A DNA stretch of 39,238 bases from a virus (lineage: Duplodnaviria > Caudoviricetes). This document shows positions 1 to 8,642 of the stretch, in pieces. Each line of letters starts with the position of its first letter. Position 1 is the stretch's first letter. A model generated the notes under the pieces. That model ran no database searches. It was not told where the DNA came from and saw only the letters and a list, made by a program, of their open reading frames with translations. The DNA is taken from positions 1 through 39,238 of the IMG/VR virus record IMGVR_UViG_3300033168_000004; one strand, written 5' to 3'. The translations under genes were made by a program, and so were the position numbers.

Positions 1-105
1 GGTCCCGAGACGCAGGAGTTCGCCGAACTGCCCATGCCCGTAGCCGGTCCCAGCGAGCTCCTGGTCAAGGTGAGGTCGGCTGGGGTCAACCCCGTCGATT
101 GTTGA
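1..105 (+). pseudogene. 5' fragment of host NADP-dependent oxidoreductase (MDR / quinone-reductase-like), interrupted by the prophage
   Basis: Frame 1 reads GPETQEFAELPMPVAGPSELLVKVRSAGVNPVDC-stop. This matches the MDR N-terminal pattern GGPE..P.PGPGELLV.V.AAGVNPVDWK but breaks at D-W (GAT TGT TGA). Start lies upstream of the window. Confidence 0.8.
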
Positions 106-106
106 C
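85..106. other. Putative prophage attachment junction (att core)
   Basis: Host frame ends here. Dyad GTCAAC-cccgtcgatt-GTTGAC straddles the switch from host-like to phage sequence. Confidence 0.6.
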
Positions 107-388
107 GGACTGGCCCTGGCTCAACTCGGACTGCAGTAGGTCAACGGCGCCGGTGTAGAACACCTCGACGGGCACCCCGAAGTAGTCAGCAAGTGCCTGC
201 AACTCCCAGCCGAGGAAGCTCTTGCGGGTCGCGGGCTTGCGGGACAGGCGGCGCTCGACGGTCCCGATGCTCGCGTTGATCGCGGTGGCGATGTCGGGCA
301 TCGCGAGGTCGTGCCACGACATCAAGGACCGCACGACACGGACCATGGTCTCGTCGGTCTGGACCTGGGCCACAGATTCTGTACTCAT
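86..388 (-). CDS. Immunity repressor (XRE-like HTH)
   Basis: 100 aa with an HTH-like segment (MPDIATAINASIGTVERRL) and ELQALADYFGVPVEVF; divergent from a cro-like gene. Confidence 0.8.
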   Translation of the reverse strand: MSTESVAQVQTDETMVRVVRSLMSWHDLAMPDIATAINASIGTVERRLSRKPATRKSFLGWELQALADYFGVPVEVFYTGAVDLLQSELSQGQSVNNRRG

Positions 389-396
389 GTCGCCAG

Positions 397-425
397 ACGC
401 TAGAGGTTGTCAACTGGTCTGACAA
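397..425 (-). promoter_or_regulatory. Repressor promoter (probably leaderless) with overlapping operator
   Basis: Minus strand TTGTCA(425-420)-17 nt-TAGCGT(402-397), 8 nt before ATG 388; inverted repeat TTGTCA-N7-TGACAA at 407-425. Confidence 0.6.
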
Positions 426-443
426 GTTGCTCCGCGATACTGG

Positions 444-472
444 TTGACTTCCCGCAGATGTGCGGGCATTGT
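444..472 (+). promoter_or_regulatory. Early lytic promoter (probably leaderless) with operator-like palindrome in the spacer
   Basis: TTGACT(444-449)-17 nt-CATTGT(467-472), 7 nt before ATG 480; CCCGCA-gatg-TGCGGG at 451-466. Confidence 0.6.
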
Positions 473-479
473 CTGCGGT

Positions 480-707
480 ATGCGGGACATGACGGTCACT
501 CAGCGCCTAGCCGATCACCTGCTTGACGGCTCCCTAGAGCACTTCGTCCTGAGCCGACGAGCCAAGAGCGTCTCATGGCGCAAGATCAGCAACGAACTGC
601 GCGACACGACCGGCGTGGACGTTGCCTACGAAACCCTTCGCAGCTGGTACCTCCCGAGCGCCGATGGCAGGCAGTGGCACGCCGCACCCGCCAAGGCCGC
701 GTCGTGA
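480..707 (+). CDS. Cro-like HTH protein
   Basis: SWRKISNELRDTTGVDVAYETLRSW HTH; first gene of the rightward operon. Confidence 0.7.
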   Translation: MRDMTVTQRLADHLLDGSLEHFVLSRRAKSVSWRKISNELRDTTGVDVAYETLRSWYLPSADGRQWHAAPAKAAS

Positions 708-1177
708 GGTTCTACTTCGACACCGAGTTCGCTGAGGACGGTCGGATCATCGACCTGATCAGCATCGGCGTCGTGGCCGAGGATGGCCGCGAGTTCTACG
801 CGATCAGCACCGAGTTCGACGCCGAGCGGTGCAACCCGTGGGTGCAGAAGAACGTGCTGCCCCTACTGCCTCCACGGACCGACCCAAGCTGGATGTCCCG
901 GGAGAAGATCAGGACATCCCTACTCGCCTTCGTCGGCACGGAGAAGCCCGAATGGTGGGCCTACTACGCCGACTACGACTGGGTGGCTCTCTGCCAACTG
1001 TTCGGCACGATGATGGACCTGCCCAAGGGCTGGCCGATGTACTGCCGGGACCTCAAGCAGGCGTGCGACGAGCAGGGCAACCCGCGCTTGCCCGAGCAGA
1101 CCGACGCTGAGCACAACGCGCTCGCCGACGCACGTTGGAACGTGCAGGCACACGCCTTCTTGCGCGGTGAGTCGTGA
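704..1177 (+). CDS. DEDDh 3'-5' exoribonuclease, RNase AS / Rv2179c-like
   Basis: FYFDTEF..DG..IDLISIG, YDWV.LCQLFG.M..LP and HNALADARW motifs; GTG start overlaps the cro stop. Confidence 0.88.
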   Translation: MRFYFDTEFAEDGRIIDLISIGVVAEDGREFYAISTEFDAERCNPWVQKNVLPLLPPRTDPSWMSREKIRTSLLAFVGTEKPEWWAYYADYDWVALCQLFGTMMDLPKGWPMYCRDLKQACDEQGNPRLPEQTDAEHNALADARWNVQAHAFLRGES

Positions 1178-1332
1178 GGATCACCGACCTGCGGGAGATG
1201 CTCGACAACCTCAACGCCTCCCGCATGACCACCAAGCCATTCCAAGGCGGACTCACCCGCTACGGCAAGCACGCAGCAGGCCACAAGGGTCAGGCGTACA
1301 AGGCCCGCCAGCGCCGCCGGAGGACGTCGTGA
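1174..1332 (+). CDS. Small basic hypothetical protein (52 aa)
   Basis: GTGA overlaps at both ends; below the ORF-track cutoff. Confidence 0.55.
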   Translation: MRITDLREMLDNLNASRMTTKPFQGGLTRYGKHAAGHKGQAYKARQRRRRTS

Positions 1333-1421
1333 GCGCTCGCGGCTGGGCGTGGCTGCTGCTCCTCGGCGACGCCGCCGCCGAACTGGCCGCGCTGATCACC
1401 GTAGCGATGCACCTGCTCTGA
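1329..1421 (+). CDS. Small hydrophobic peptide (30 aa)
   Basis: GTGA overlap; VSARGWAWLLLLG...ITVAMHLL. Confidence 0.45.
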   Translation: MSARGWAWLLLLGDAAAELAALITVAMHLL

Positions 1422-1452
1422 CCCACCCACCGACACACAAAGGAGAACAGAA

Positions 1453-1824
1453 ATGCCCGACACCACCAAGGACGAAACACACATCCGCCCCTTCGCCGAG
1501 TTCCTCCAGCAGCAGCGCCGAGGCGCCCTGCACGGTGAGATCAGCGAGCAGCTCCACGATCTACTGCAGTCCGTGAAGGAAACCAGTAAGGCCGGCAGCC
1601 TCACGCTGCAGATCAAGGTCAAGCCCGCCGCGAAGGGCAACGCCGAACAGGTCCTCATCTCCGACCTGACGGTCGCGAAGAAGCCCCAGACCGAACGCCC
1701 CGAGTCCATCTTCTTCCTCGACAACGAGGGCAACCTGTCCCGGTCCGACCCCCGGCAGATCGAGTTGCCTCTGCGTGAGGTCAACCGTCCCGAGGTCACC
1801 GAGGCCAAGGCGGTCAACCGATGA
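1453..1824 (+). CDS. Phage protein, YfdP-like partner of DUF2303
   Basis: AAGGAG RBS; K.GSLTL.IKVKP and SIFF.D.EGNLSR.DP.Q motifs; directly upstream of the DUF2303 gene. Confidence 0.7.
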   Translation: MPDTTKDETHIRPFAEFLQQQRRGALHGEISEQLHDLLQSVKETSKAGSLTLQIKVKPAAKGNAEQVLISDLTVAKKPQTERPESIFFLDNEGNLSRSDPRQIELPLREVNRPEVTEAKAVNR

Positions 1825-2675
1825 GCGCCACCGATGCCGACCTCAGCACGGTCAGCGACGAGGTCGAGACCGAAGCCGCGACCGTCGCCCTCGTCGCGAC
1901 GCACGCCGCCCGTCCGACCGTTCTGGACGAGGACACCGCCTACGCCTACGTCGTGCCCACTGGCAGCAGCGTCAACGTCGTACGAGGCGCCGAGCCCCTG
2001 CCCAAGCCGCTCCGCAAGACCGGAACCGTTCGGCTCCTCGACGCCACGAGCTTCGGCGCCTACGTCCACAAGCACGCCGACGGCGACGCCACACAGCTCT
2101 ACGCCGACCCAGCGGTCCCCGGCGTCACCGCCCTACTCAACGGCCACCGAGCCGCCCCTGACGCCACCGGATGGGGGGACCACCGCGCCGTCCTCACCTT
2201 CCGCCCCACCGACGCGTGGAACCGCTGGACGGCCAACGACGGCAAGCTCCTCAACCAGGTGCAGTTCGCCGAACACGTCGAGGGGTCCCTGCCCGACATC
2301 CGCGTCCCCACCGGAGCTGACCTACTTGAGCTGGCGCAGTCGTTTCAGGCCAACACGAAGGTCCGGTTCGAGTCCTCCCGCGACCTTGGCAGCGGACAGC
2401 GGCAGCTCGTCTACCGGGAGGAGGTCGAGGCCGGCGCCGGACCGCTCGGGAACCTGACGATCCCGAAGGAGTTCGAGCTCGGCCTCGCGCCCTACGAGGG
2501 CACAGGCCTCTACAAGGTCACCGCCCGGCTGCGCTACCGGATCACTGAGGGGCGACTGAGTCTCGGCTACGTCCTGGACCGTCCCCGCGACGTGCAGCGC
2601 ACCGCGTTCGACGAGGTGCTCAAGGACGTCGAGACGCAGACCTCGATGGTCGCGCTCCTCGGCACGCCTGCCTGA
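1821..2675 (+). CDS. DUF2303 (YfdQ-like) family protein
   Basis: GW.DHRA, Q..FAE..E, IP..F.L.L.PYEG and ARLRYRI motifs. Confidence 0.85.
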   Translation: MSATDADLSTVSDEVETEAATVALVATHAARPTVLDEDTAYAYVVPTGSSVNVVRGAEPLPKPLRKTGTVRLLDATSFGAYVHKHADGDATQLYADPAVPGVTALLNGHRAAPDATGWGDHRAVLTFRPTDAWNRWTANDGKLLNQVQFAEHVEGSLPDIRVPTGADLLELAQSFQANTKVRFESSRDLGSGQRQLVYREEVEAGAGPLGNLTIPKEFELGLAPYEGTGLYKVTARLRYRITEGRLSLGYVLDRPRDVQRTAFDEVLKDVETQTSMVALLGTPA

Positions 2676-2704
2676 CCGACCCCCACCCGCGAAGGAGCAC
2701 CACC

Positions 2705-3007
2705 ATGCCCAGTGCCGCCCGCAAGCCCACGACCACCGACGACCCGCCCGACACGCCAGCGCTCGCGCCAGCCCCGAAGACACGCCAGCGCCACGACCCG
2801 AAGGTCAAGGCGCAGGCCGACCTCGACCGGGCCGACGCGAAGCTCACGACGCTGGCGGCTGAGATCGGCAAGCACCAGACGGCCATCGCCGCCGCGCAGC
2901 ACGAGCACAACGCCGCCCTGAAGCACCGCGACTACCTCGCCATGCACCCGCTTCTCGCGTCCGCACCGGAGCCCTACACGCCCAACGGCGACCTCGCCAC
3001 TCCCTGA
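2705..3007 (+). CDS. Hypothetical coiled-coil protein
   Basis: GAAGGAG RBS; high-GC3 codon use. Confidence 0.75.
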   Translation: MPSAARKPTTTDDPPDTPALAPAPKTRQRHDPKVKAQADLDRADAKLTTLAAEIGKHQTAIAAAQHEHNAALKHRDYLAMHPLLASAPEPYTPNGDLATP

Positions 3008-3109
3008 CGGGACGCGCCCTCACGCGTAACACCCCCAGCCCACCCCATCCGCTTCCACGGAAAGGCCAGACATGACCAGCATAGAACCCAGCGCCGCAGG
3101 TGACCCCTC

Positions 3110-3325
3110 GTGATCGCCGTGTGGCAGGCCCTCGCGGTGCTCACCGGGTTCGGGATCGGTGCCGCCTACGAGGGTTGCCGGCGCAACGGCAGCCTGGACC
3201 TGCAGCAGCGGGTCCTGCGGGCTGAGATCGCCCGCGACGACGCCCTCGACGAGCTTGCGTCTGGTACCCGGCACCCGGCCGGCCGCTCGCTCCGGTCCGT
3301 CCCGACCGCGCAGGACGGCGCGTGA
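3110..3325 (+). CDS. Hypothetical membrane protein
   Basis: N-terminal hydrophobic helix; coupled to neighbours. Confidence 0.65.
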   Translation: MIAVWQALAVLTGFGIGAAYEGCRRNGSLDLQQRVLRAEIARDDALDELASGTRHPAGRSLRSVPTAQDGA

Positions 3326-3531
3326 TGAGCCTCTACGACTACCGCGCCTCTCACGACATCACGCTCATGGACTACCCGTTCTACGCGCTCATCATGGCCG
3401 CGATGCGGCAGGCAGACACGCGTAATGCTGATGCGCTGAGCGGGTCCTTTCCTGATATCTGGCAGGAGCTGCGGCAGCGTTACAACGCGCCTGGCGGCGT
3501 TCTGGGCACGGACCCCGGCGGCGAGAAGTGA
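3322..3531 (+). CDS. Hypothetical protein
   Basis: GTGA coupling; FYALIMAAMRQADT.N motif of small phage proteins. Confidence 0.7.
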   Translation: MMSLYDYRASHDITLMDYPFYALIMAAMRQADTRNADALSGSFPDIWQELRQRYNAPGGVLGTDPGGEK

Positions 3532-4073
3532 CCGCCCAGGCCGCGCCGGTTGACGCCCGGCAGATCGTCGCGGACACCCTCACCGACATCGCCGTCCGCA
3601 TTGACACCCGGTGGGAAATCGTTGACGGCCTTTACGACCTCTTCGACTCCGACCATGGCGCTTTGACGCCGCACGTGGTGGTCGCCCTGATCGCCGCTGC
3701 CTTCGCCGACCGCGAGGTCACCGCCGGGCTGCTGGAGGATCTCGCGACCGCCGCGACCCGCTTGGGCCGGCACCTGGACACGAGAGGCCACGACGAGTGC
3801 TGCGGCGGGAACTGCGACGTCTGCGACAAGGCCAGGGCTAGATGGCGTTGCCTGCACTGCGAGACCGGACCCGCCGACGATCTGTGGCAGGCGCGGCGGG
3901 ACCTGACCGACCACCTCGACCACCTGCACAGCCTGGACGACCTGCTCCGCGCTGCCAGCGACGGTGAGCGGCAGCCCCGGGAACATCCGGTGCCGTGCCA
4001 GGTGTGCCACCGGCCGACGTGGAACCTCAGCGCCGACTGCGGGCAGCACACGAACGCCGAGGGCACGTCGTGA
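3528..4073 (+). CDS. Hypothetical protein with CxxC motifs
   Basis: Coupled ORF with several CxxC pairs. Confidence 0.7.
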   Translation: MTAQAAPVDARQIVADTLTDIAVRIDTRWEIVDGLYDLFDSDHGALTPHVVVALIAAAFADREVTAGLLEDLATAATRLGRHLDTRGHDECCGGNCDVCDKARARWRCLHCETGPADDLWQARRDLTDHLDHLHSLDDLLRAASDGERQPREHPVPCQVCHRPTWNLSADCGQHTNAEGTS

Positions 4074-4429
4074 CCGCGTCCGCTCGCTCCGTATGCAAGG
4101 GCTTCGTGTGGGTGGGTCAGTCCGTGTTGTGTTGCGATGAATGCGGCTCGCCGTGGTTCCTGCATCCGGGCGACTACACGCTGGCGCCGGGGTCGATGTT
4201 GGTGCTCGGGTCCGGAGCGGAGTGGATCGTCAAGCCCTTCCCGGAACGCCGACAGGCGCAGGTACCGAACCTGGTAGCTGCGTGGGAGGCGAACGCGCTG
4301 TGGCAGGCCGAACGCGGGGCGTGGTGGCCCGGCTTGGACGGCCGGGATGGTCAGTACGCCCCCAACGTTGAGCGCCAAGTCGGCAAGGACTTCCCGTACC
4401 CAACAGGTCCGACAAGGCCAGCGTCGTGA
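4070..4429 (+). CDS. Hypothetical protein
   Basis: GTGA overlaps at both ends. Confidence 0.6.
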   Translation: MTASARSVCKGFVWVGQSVLCCDECGSPWFLHPGDYTLAPGSMLVLGSGAEWIVKPFPERRQAQVPNLVAAWEANALWQAERGAWWPGLDGRDGQYAPNVERQVGKDFPYPTGPTRPAS

Positions 4430-4590
4430 TCACCCGCTCCCGCCTGCTGGCCTGCGTGCAGATCCTCGCCCTCGCCGCGACCTTCGCCGCACTCGTGTGG
4501 GCGGCCGGTGAAGGCCAGCACCTGCAATGCCAGCGCCTCACCGCCGCGCACAACCCCGCCGCCGCCACGTACTGCCAGGGGGAACGATGA
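4426..4590 (+). CDS. Small membrane protein (54 aa)
   Basis: GTGA and ATGA overlaps; one hydrophobic helix. Confidence 0.55.
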   Translation: MITRSRLLACVQILALAATFAALVWAAGEGQHLQCQRLTAAHNPAAATYCQGER

Positions 4591-4877
4591 GCCGCCAAGA
4601 GTTCAAGGACGCCGCTACTGCGCAGGCGTTCACCGTTGAGGACCCGGACCTGTACGACTACGGCCGGACGCTCGTGCACTCCTTCGCCGGACCGTTCGGC
4701 GCGGACTGGGACCTCGCTGCTGTGTACGAGGCGATAGATGCCGCTGCCGAGGTTCGCTGGGCGCGAGGCGCTGCCTTGAGTCACGAGCTCGCCGTGGTTG
4801 AGCCGGGCGGCCGTCGCGTCTGGTTCGACGTCAAGGCCCCGGCCTCCCCAACTGCCAGCCGAGAAGGCACCTCATGA
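4587..4877 (+). CDS. Hypothetical protein
   Basis: ATGA coupling; MSRQEF start. Confidence 0.65.
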   Translation: MSRQEFKDAATAQAFTVEDPDLYDYGRTLVHSFAGPFGADWDLAAVYEAIDAAAEVRWARGAALSHELAVVEPGGRRVWFDVKAPASPTASREGTS

Positions 4878-6040
4878 CCGCGCTCCGCACACGCAAGCCC
4901 ACTGGCCTCGTGCCCTACCCCGTCGTCCTACTCGAAGGCGCCGAGAAAGCTGGCAAGAGCTACGCCTGCGCCCTGCTCTCGGCATCCAAGCGAGTCGGGC
5001 AGACCTACTGGCTCGACCTCAACGAAGGCGCGGCCGACGAGTACGCCGCGATCCCCGGCGCCAACTACCTTGTGCTGGACCACGACGGCAGCTACGCCTC
5101 CGTCCTGGAGCAGGTCATCGCGGTCAAGGAAGCCGCTGCTGCTGCCAAGAAGGCCGGCGAACCACCGACCGTCCTGGTCGTGGACAGCATGTCGGCGCTG
5201 TGGGACATGCTCAAGGACTGGGCATCGGAACGCGCCAAGGGCAGTAAGGCGAACCGGAGCAAGCTCGCCGCTGACCCGTCGGCCGAGGTCAGCATCACGA
5301 TGAACCTCTGGAACGACGCTTTCGCGCGGTACAGCAAGGTCAACAACGTCCTGCTGACCTTCCCGGGCATCGTCGTGCTCACCGCCAGGGGCAAGGAAGT
5401 CGCCCAGATGGGCGACGACGGCCGCCCCGTTGAGGGCAAGAAGGACTACCGCGTCGAGGGCCACAAGACCCTGCCGTGGAACGCGTCGCTGTGGGTGCGG
5501 ATGAGCCGCGAACGCCCCCCGGTCGTCATCGGCGCCCGGTCAGTCCACGCCGGCCTCGTGCCGGGCAAGGACGAGCCCCAGCCGATCACCCACAACAGCC
5601 AGAACCTGCTGGAGTGGCTGATCTTCGACGTGCTGAAGGTGGACGCCGGCTCAGCTGAGGTCCGCAACCTCGCGCCGCTGACGGGTGGGGAGTTGAGCGC
5701 CGACGAGATCGCGGACGACCCGGAGGCCAAGAAGCCGCCGCGGGCCGCGAAGCCGCAGACACCACCGGAACCGGACCCGCGCTGGGCCGAGCCGGTCGCC
5801 CAACCCCTGGACACGAGCGTCGAGGCGCACAGCTGGTACGCGGGCTGGGCCGGCCGGGTCGCGACCTGCCCGACACTCCCGCAGTTGCGGGGTTTGTGGG
5901 GCGAGATGGTCAGCGAGCACGAGTCCGGGCACGCCACCGACGAGATGCGCCGGGATGGCCTGGCATTGCGGCAGGAACGCGCCGACGACCTGAAGCAGCC
6001 GGATCTCGCCGATCCCGAGCCCGAGCCGGTGCACGCATGA
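4874..6040 (+). CDS. AAA-family ATPase (AAA_24 / Sak4-like recombination protein)
   Basis: Walker A GAEKAGKS, Walker B LVVDS; Pro-rich linker and C-terminal extension. Confidence 0.8.
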   Translation: MTALRTRKPTGLVPYPVVLLEGAEKAGKSYACALLSASKRVGQTYWLDLNEGAADEYAAIPGANYLVLDHDGSYASVLEQVIAVKEAAAAAKKAGEPPTVLVVDSMSALWDMLKDWASERAKGSKANRSKLAADPSAEVSITMNLWNDAFARYSKVNNVLLTFPGIVVLTARGKEVAQMGDDGRPVEGKKDYRVEGHKTLPWNASLWVRMSRERPPVVIGARSVHAGLVPGKDEPQPITHNSQNLLEWLIFDVLKVDAGSAEVRNLAPLTGGELSADEIADDPEAKKPPRAAKPQTPPEPDPRWAEPVAQPLDTSVEAHSWYAGWAGRVATCPTLPQLRGLWGEMVSEHESGHATDEMRRDGLALRQERADDLKQPDLADPEPEPVHA

Positions 6041-6576
6041 CCGCCCCTGTGGTGGACACCCGGGCGCTCGCGACCCGGCTCGTCGCGCTCCGCGTCCTGA
6101 AGGACGCCGTGGCCGCCGCCGACACCGCGACCCGCGCCGCGCTGCTCGACGCGCTGCTCGTCGGGGACCGCGCCACCGCCGCTGTGACCGGCCCGGACGG
6201 GGATCTCGTCACCATCGGCACGGTCACCGCCACGAAGCCGTCAGCGGGCAGCACAACCGCCGCCGTGACCGACCTGGACGCGCTGCTCGCCTGGTGCACG
6301 GCCTATGCGGCGGAAGAGGTCCAGACGGTGACCGTGGTCCGACCTGCCTATCAGCGCAAACTTCTAGATGCCATGAAAGCGCAGGGCGGCTTGCTCGACT
6401 GGCAGACAGGGCAAGTCGTGCCCGTGGACGGCATCACCGTCGCCCCACCGACCAGCGGGCAGCCCGGTCTGATGGTGAAGCCCGCCGACAACGCCGACGC
6501 CGAGGTCCGGGCGGCATGGGCGGACGGCCGGCTGCAGTTCGCTGACCTCGCCGCGATTGAGGACGGCACGCAGTGA
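6037..6576 (+). CDS. Hypothetical phage protein (recombination module)
   Basis: ATGA coupling; V.V.D.DALLAW and TGQVVP motifs. Confidence 0.7.
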   Translation: MTAPVVDTRALATRLVALRVLKDAVAAADTATRAALLDALLVGDRATAAVTGPDGDLVTIGTVTATKPSAGSTTAAVTDLDALLAWCTAYAAEEVQTVTVVRPAYQRKLLDAMKAQGGLLDWQTGQVVPVDGITVAPPTSGQPGLMVKPADNADAEVRAAWADGRLQFADLAAIEDGTQ

Positions 6577-6794
6577 CCGCGATCGTGCCGTGCCGATGCA
6601 TTGAGGCGGGCGAGGACTGCGGCGAGGAAGGCGTCATCGACGCCGAAGCGATGTGCGAGCACGAGCACAAGATGTCCGGGCTGGTATGCCGCCATCACGT
6701 CATGAGGGCAGCGGCAGGAGAGATGCGCTGCCCGCTGTGTCATCGCGAGGGCTACCGGTGCCCTGTGCGCCTTCTGACTCCGGTGCCGTCGTGA
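6573..6794 (+). CDS. Small Cys/His-rich protein
   Basis: Coupled ORF; many Cys and His. Confidence 0.6.
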   Translation: MTAIVPCRCIEAGEDCGEEGVIDAEAMCEHEHKMSGLVCRHHVMRAAAGEMRCPLCHREGYRCPVRLLTPVPS

Positions 6795-6949
6795 CCGCGA
6801 CGGTCGTGTCGTGCCCGGTCTGTGAGGGCGCCGGAGTCAGAAGGCGCACCTACGACGTGGACGCCAGCGACGTCGTGGTGTGGACCGCTGTCATCTGCCC
6901 CGCGTGTGAAGGCAGGGGCGCGCACCTCGCGACGGAGGTCGCGCCGTGA
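6791..6949 (+). CDS. Small zinc-ribbon protein
   Basis: CPVCEGAG and CPACEGRG (DnaJ-type CxxCxGxG repeats). Confidence 0.6.
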   Translation: MTATVVSCPVCEGAGVRRRTYDVDASDVVVWTAVICPACEGRGAHLATEVAP

Positions 6950-7152
6950 GCCTCACCCGACGTGAAGCGGCCGTCATCGGTGCCTACACCGGCGTGCTTA
7001 TGGGTTGCTTTGCGGACCTGCAGGCCCTCGGGGATGAGGTGATGGGACGAACCACATGGACACACGACTACGGGAGTTCAACCTTTCAGGTACGCCTGAA
7101 AGCCAAGGTTCGCGACCAGTTCCTGGCGATCTGTGACGAGGTGGAACGGTGA
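6946..7152 (+). CDS. Hypothetical phage protein
   Basis: LT.REAAVIGAYTG.L motif; coupled. Confidence 0.65.
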   Translation: MSLTRREAAVIGAYTGVLMGCFADLQALGDEVMGRTTWTHDYGSSTFQVRLKAKVRDQFLAICDEVER

Positions 7153-7475
7153 AGCGCACATCCTTGCCGTTGCGGACCGCACCGATGCGCCGCACCGGAC
7201 GGCTCCGGCCCAGGTCAGCAACGACGTCACGCGTGTACGTGGCCCGGCGGGTGCTGGTGGCTGCACTCATGGCCGAGCACCCGGTGTGCCAGGTCCCGGG
7301 CTGCCACCGGCCGTCCACCGACGGGCACGAGCCGCTGACGCGGGCACGTGGTGGCTCGATCACGGACCGGGGGAACGTCGTCGCGGTCTGCCGCGATCAC
7401 CACGACGAGATCCACGGCGAGCCCGACTGGGCCTACGCGTGGGGCTTTCTCGTCCATTCGTGGGATGCGGCATGA
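7149..7475 (+). CDS. HNH endonuclease
   Basis: CQVPGC...HE...RARGG....N...VCRDHH. Confidence 0.8.
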   Translation: MKRTSLPLRTAPMRRTGRLRPRSATTSRVYVARRVLVAALMAEHPVCQVPGCHRPSTDGHEPLTRARGGSITDRGNVVAVCRDHHDEIHGEPDWAYAWGFLVHSWDAA

Positions 7476-7919
7476 CCGCCGTTCTGAGCCCGGACTGCTG
7501 CCGTATCCCCAACTGTCTGGGCGTCGTGAAGTACAGAGGCAAACGGCTGTGCATGAAGCACTACCTGAGGATTTGGAAGTACGGCACCGTCGAACTCCCT
7601 GCCCGCCCCTCGTTGGCGGATCGGCTTACCGCCCAGACTGAACGTACCGATGGCTGTTGGCTCTGGACCGGGTCGGTCGGCGACCATGGCTACGGGCACA
7701 TCGGCCGGGTCTACGTCCACCGCCTTGCCTACAAGCTGTCCCCGCGGCTCCCTGGGCCCGGGCCAGTACGTCTTGCACTCGTGCGACGTACGGAACTGCG
7801 TCAACCCGTCCCACTTGTCCGCCGGTTCGCACCTGGACAACATCGCCGACGCAAGGAGCAAAGGCAGAGTGGCGAACGATCCCCAGACTGGCCGGTTCTT
7901 GCCGTTGGTCGGACGGTGA
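7472..7919 (+). pseudogene. HNH_3-type homing endonuclease split by a one-base frameshift
   Basis: CWLWTG...GYG...HRLAY in one frame; VLHSCDVRNCVNPSHL..GSHLDN in the next. Removing one C from the run at 7740-7743 joins them. Confidence 0.8.
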
Positions 7920-8116
7920 CGCTTCCCGACCCGCTAAGCGGGTCTTGCGCGGCCGGGAAGTGCGGGGCGTGCGTCGGTGATGGCTGGGACGCCCACCGGG
8001 ACGAGATCGCACCCTGCCCCTGCGCGTGCCACCGGACGTCGCTTGCGGTCCTCGCCGCACGGGAAGCCGAGATGCACGCTGGGGACTGCTGCGACCGTGA
8101 GGACATGGTGGCATGA
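7916..8116 (+). CDS. Small Cys-rich protein
   Basis: GTGA and ATGA coupling; C...C..C...CPCACH. Confidence 0.6.
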   Translation: MTLPDPLSGSCAAGKCGACVGDGWDAHRDEIAPCPCACHRTSLAVLAAREAEMHAGDCCDREDMVA

Positions 8117-8358
8117 GCGCCGTCGATGTCAGCCCGCCGTTCTACCGCGGCGAAATAGGTCATTGGGATGCCCTGATCTGCGACTACTTGATGCCGTCAG
8201 ACAACGCCTGCGACGAGGTTGCCGAGTACGAGATTCAGTGGAAGCAGCGCCCGTACGACCTCGGCACCGTGCCAGTCAGCGGTGCCTGCAAGCAGCATGG
8301 AGCCGACGTCCCTCGCACCGAGGTAGAGGTCATTCGCACCCGTCGAGGCGTGCTGTGA
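8113..8358 (+). CDS. Hypothetical protein
   Basis: Coupled ORF. Confidence 0.6.
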   Translation: MSAVDVSPPFYRGEIGHWDALICDYLMPSDNACDEVAEYEIQWKQRPYDLGTVPVSGACKQHGADVPRTEVEVIRTRRGVL

Positions 8359-8642
8359 CCGCCCCTGACTCCGTGCCGGTCCTGTCGGGAAGGCCAGGGC
8401 CGGCACGGGCCAGCACCTACCGCTCGGGCCACTGTGGCATCGGTAAGCACGACGCCTGCCTCGGCGTCTACGCGGGCACCGACTGCACCTGCTGGTGCCA
8501 TGCGGCCGTGACGGTCCGGGTGTGGGGGACCTTCTCGTGGCAGTGCGAGACGTGCGGCGCCAACGGTGTTGCCCATGAGACCGAAGGCTCAGCGCACGCC
8601 GCTGCCAATAGGCACCTTGATTGCCATGGAATCGCACCGTGA
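8355..8642 (+). CDS. Cys/His-rich hypothetical protein
   Basis: GTGA coupling; CTCWCH and CETC. Confidence 0.6.
   Translation: MTAPDSVPVLSGRPGPARASTYRSGHCGIGKHDACLGVYAGTDCTCWCHAAVTVRVWGTFSWQCETCGANGVAHETEGSAHAAANRHLDCHGIAP

Noticed and set aside
575-703. ORF-track start of the exoribonuclease at 575
   Set aside because: Overlaps cro out of frame; the family motif begins at GTG 704, coupled to the cro stop.
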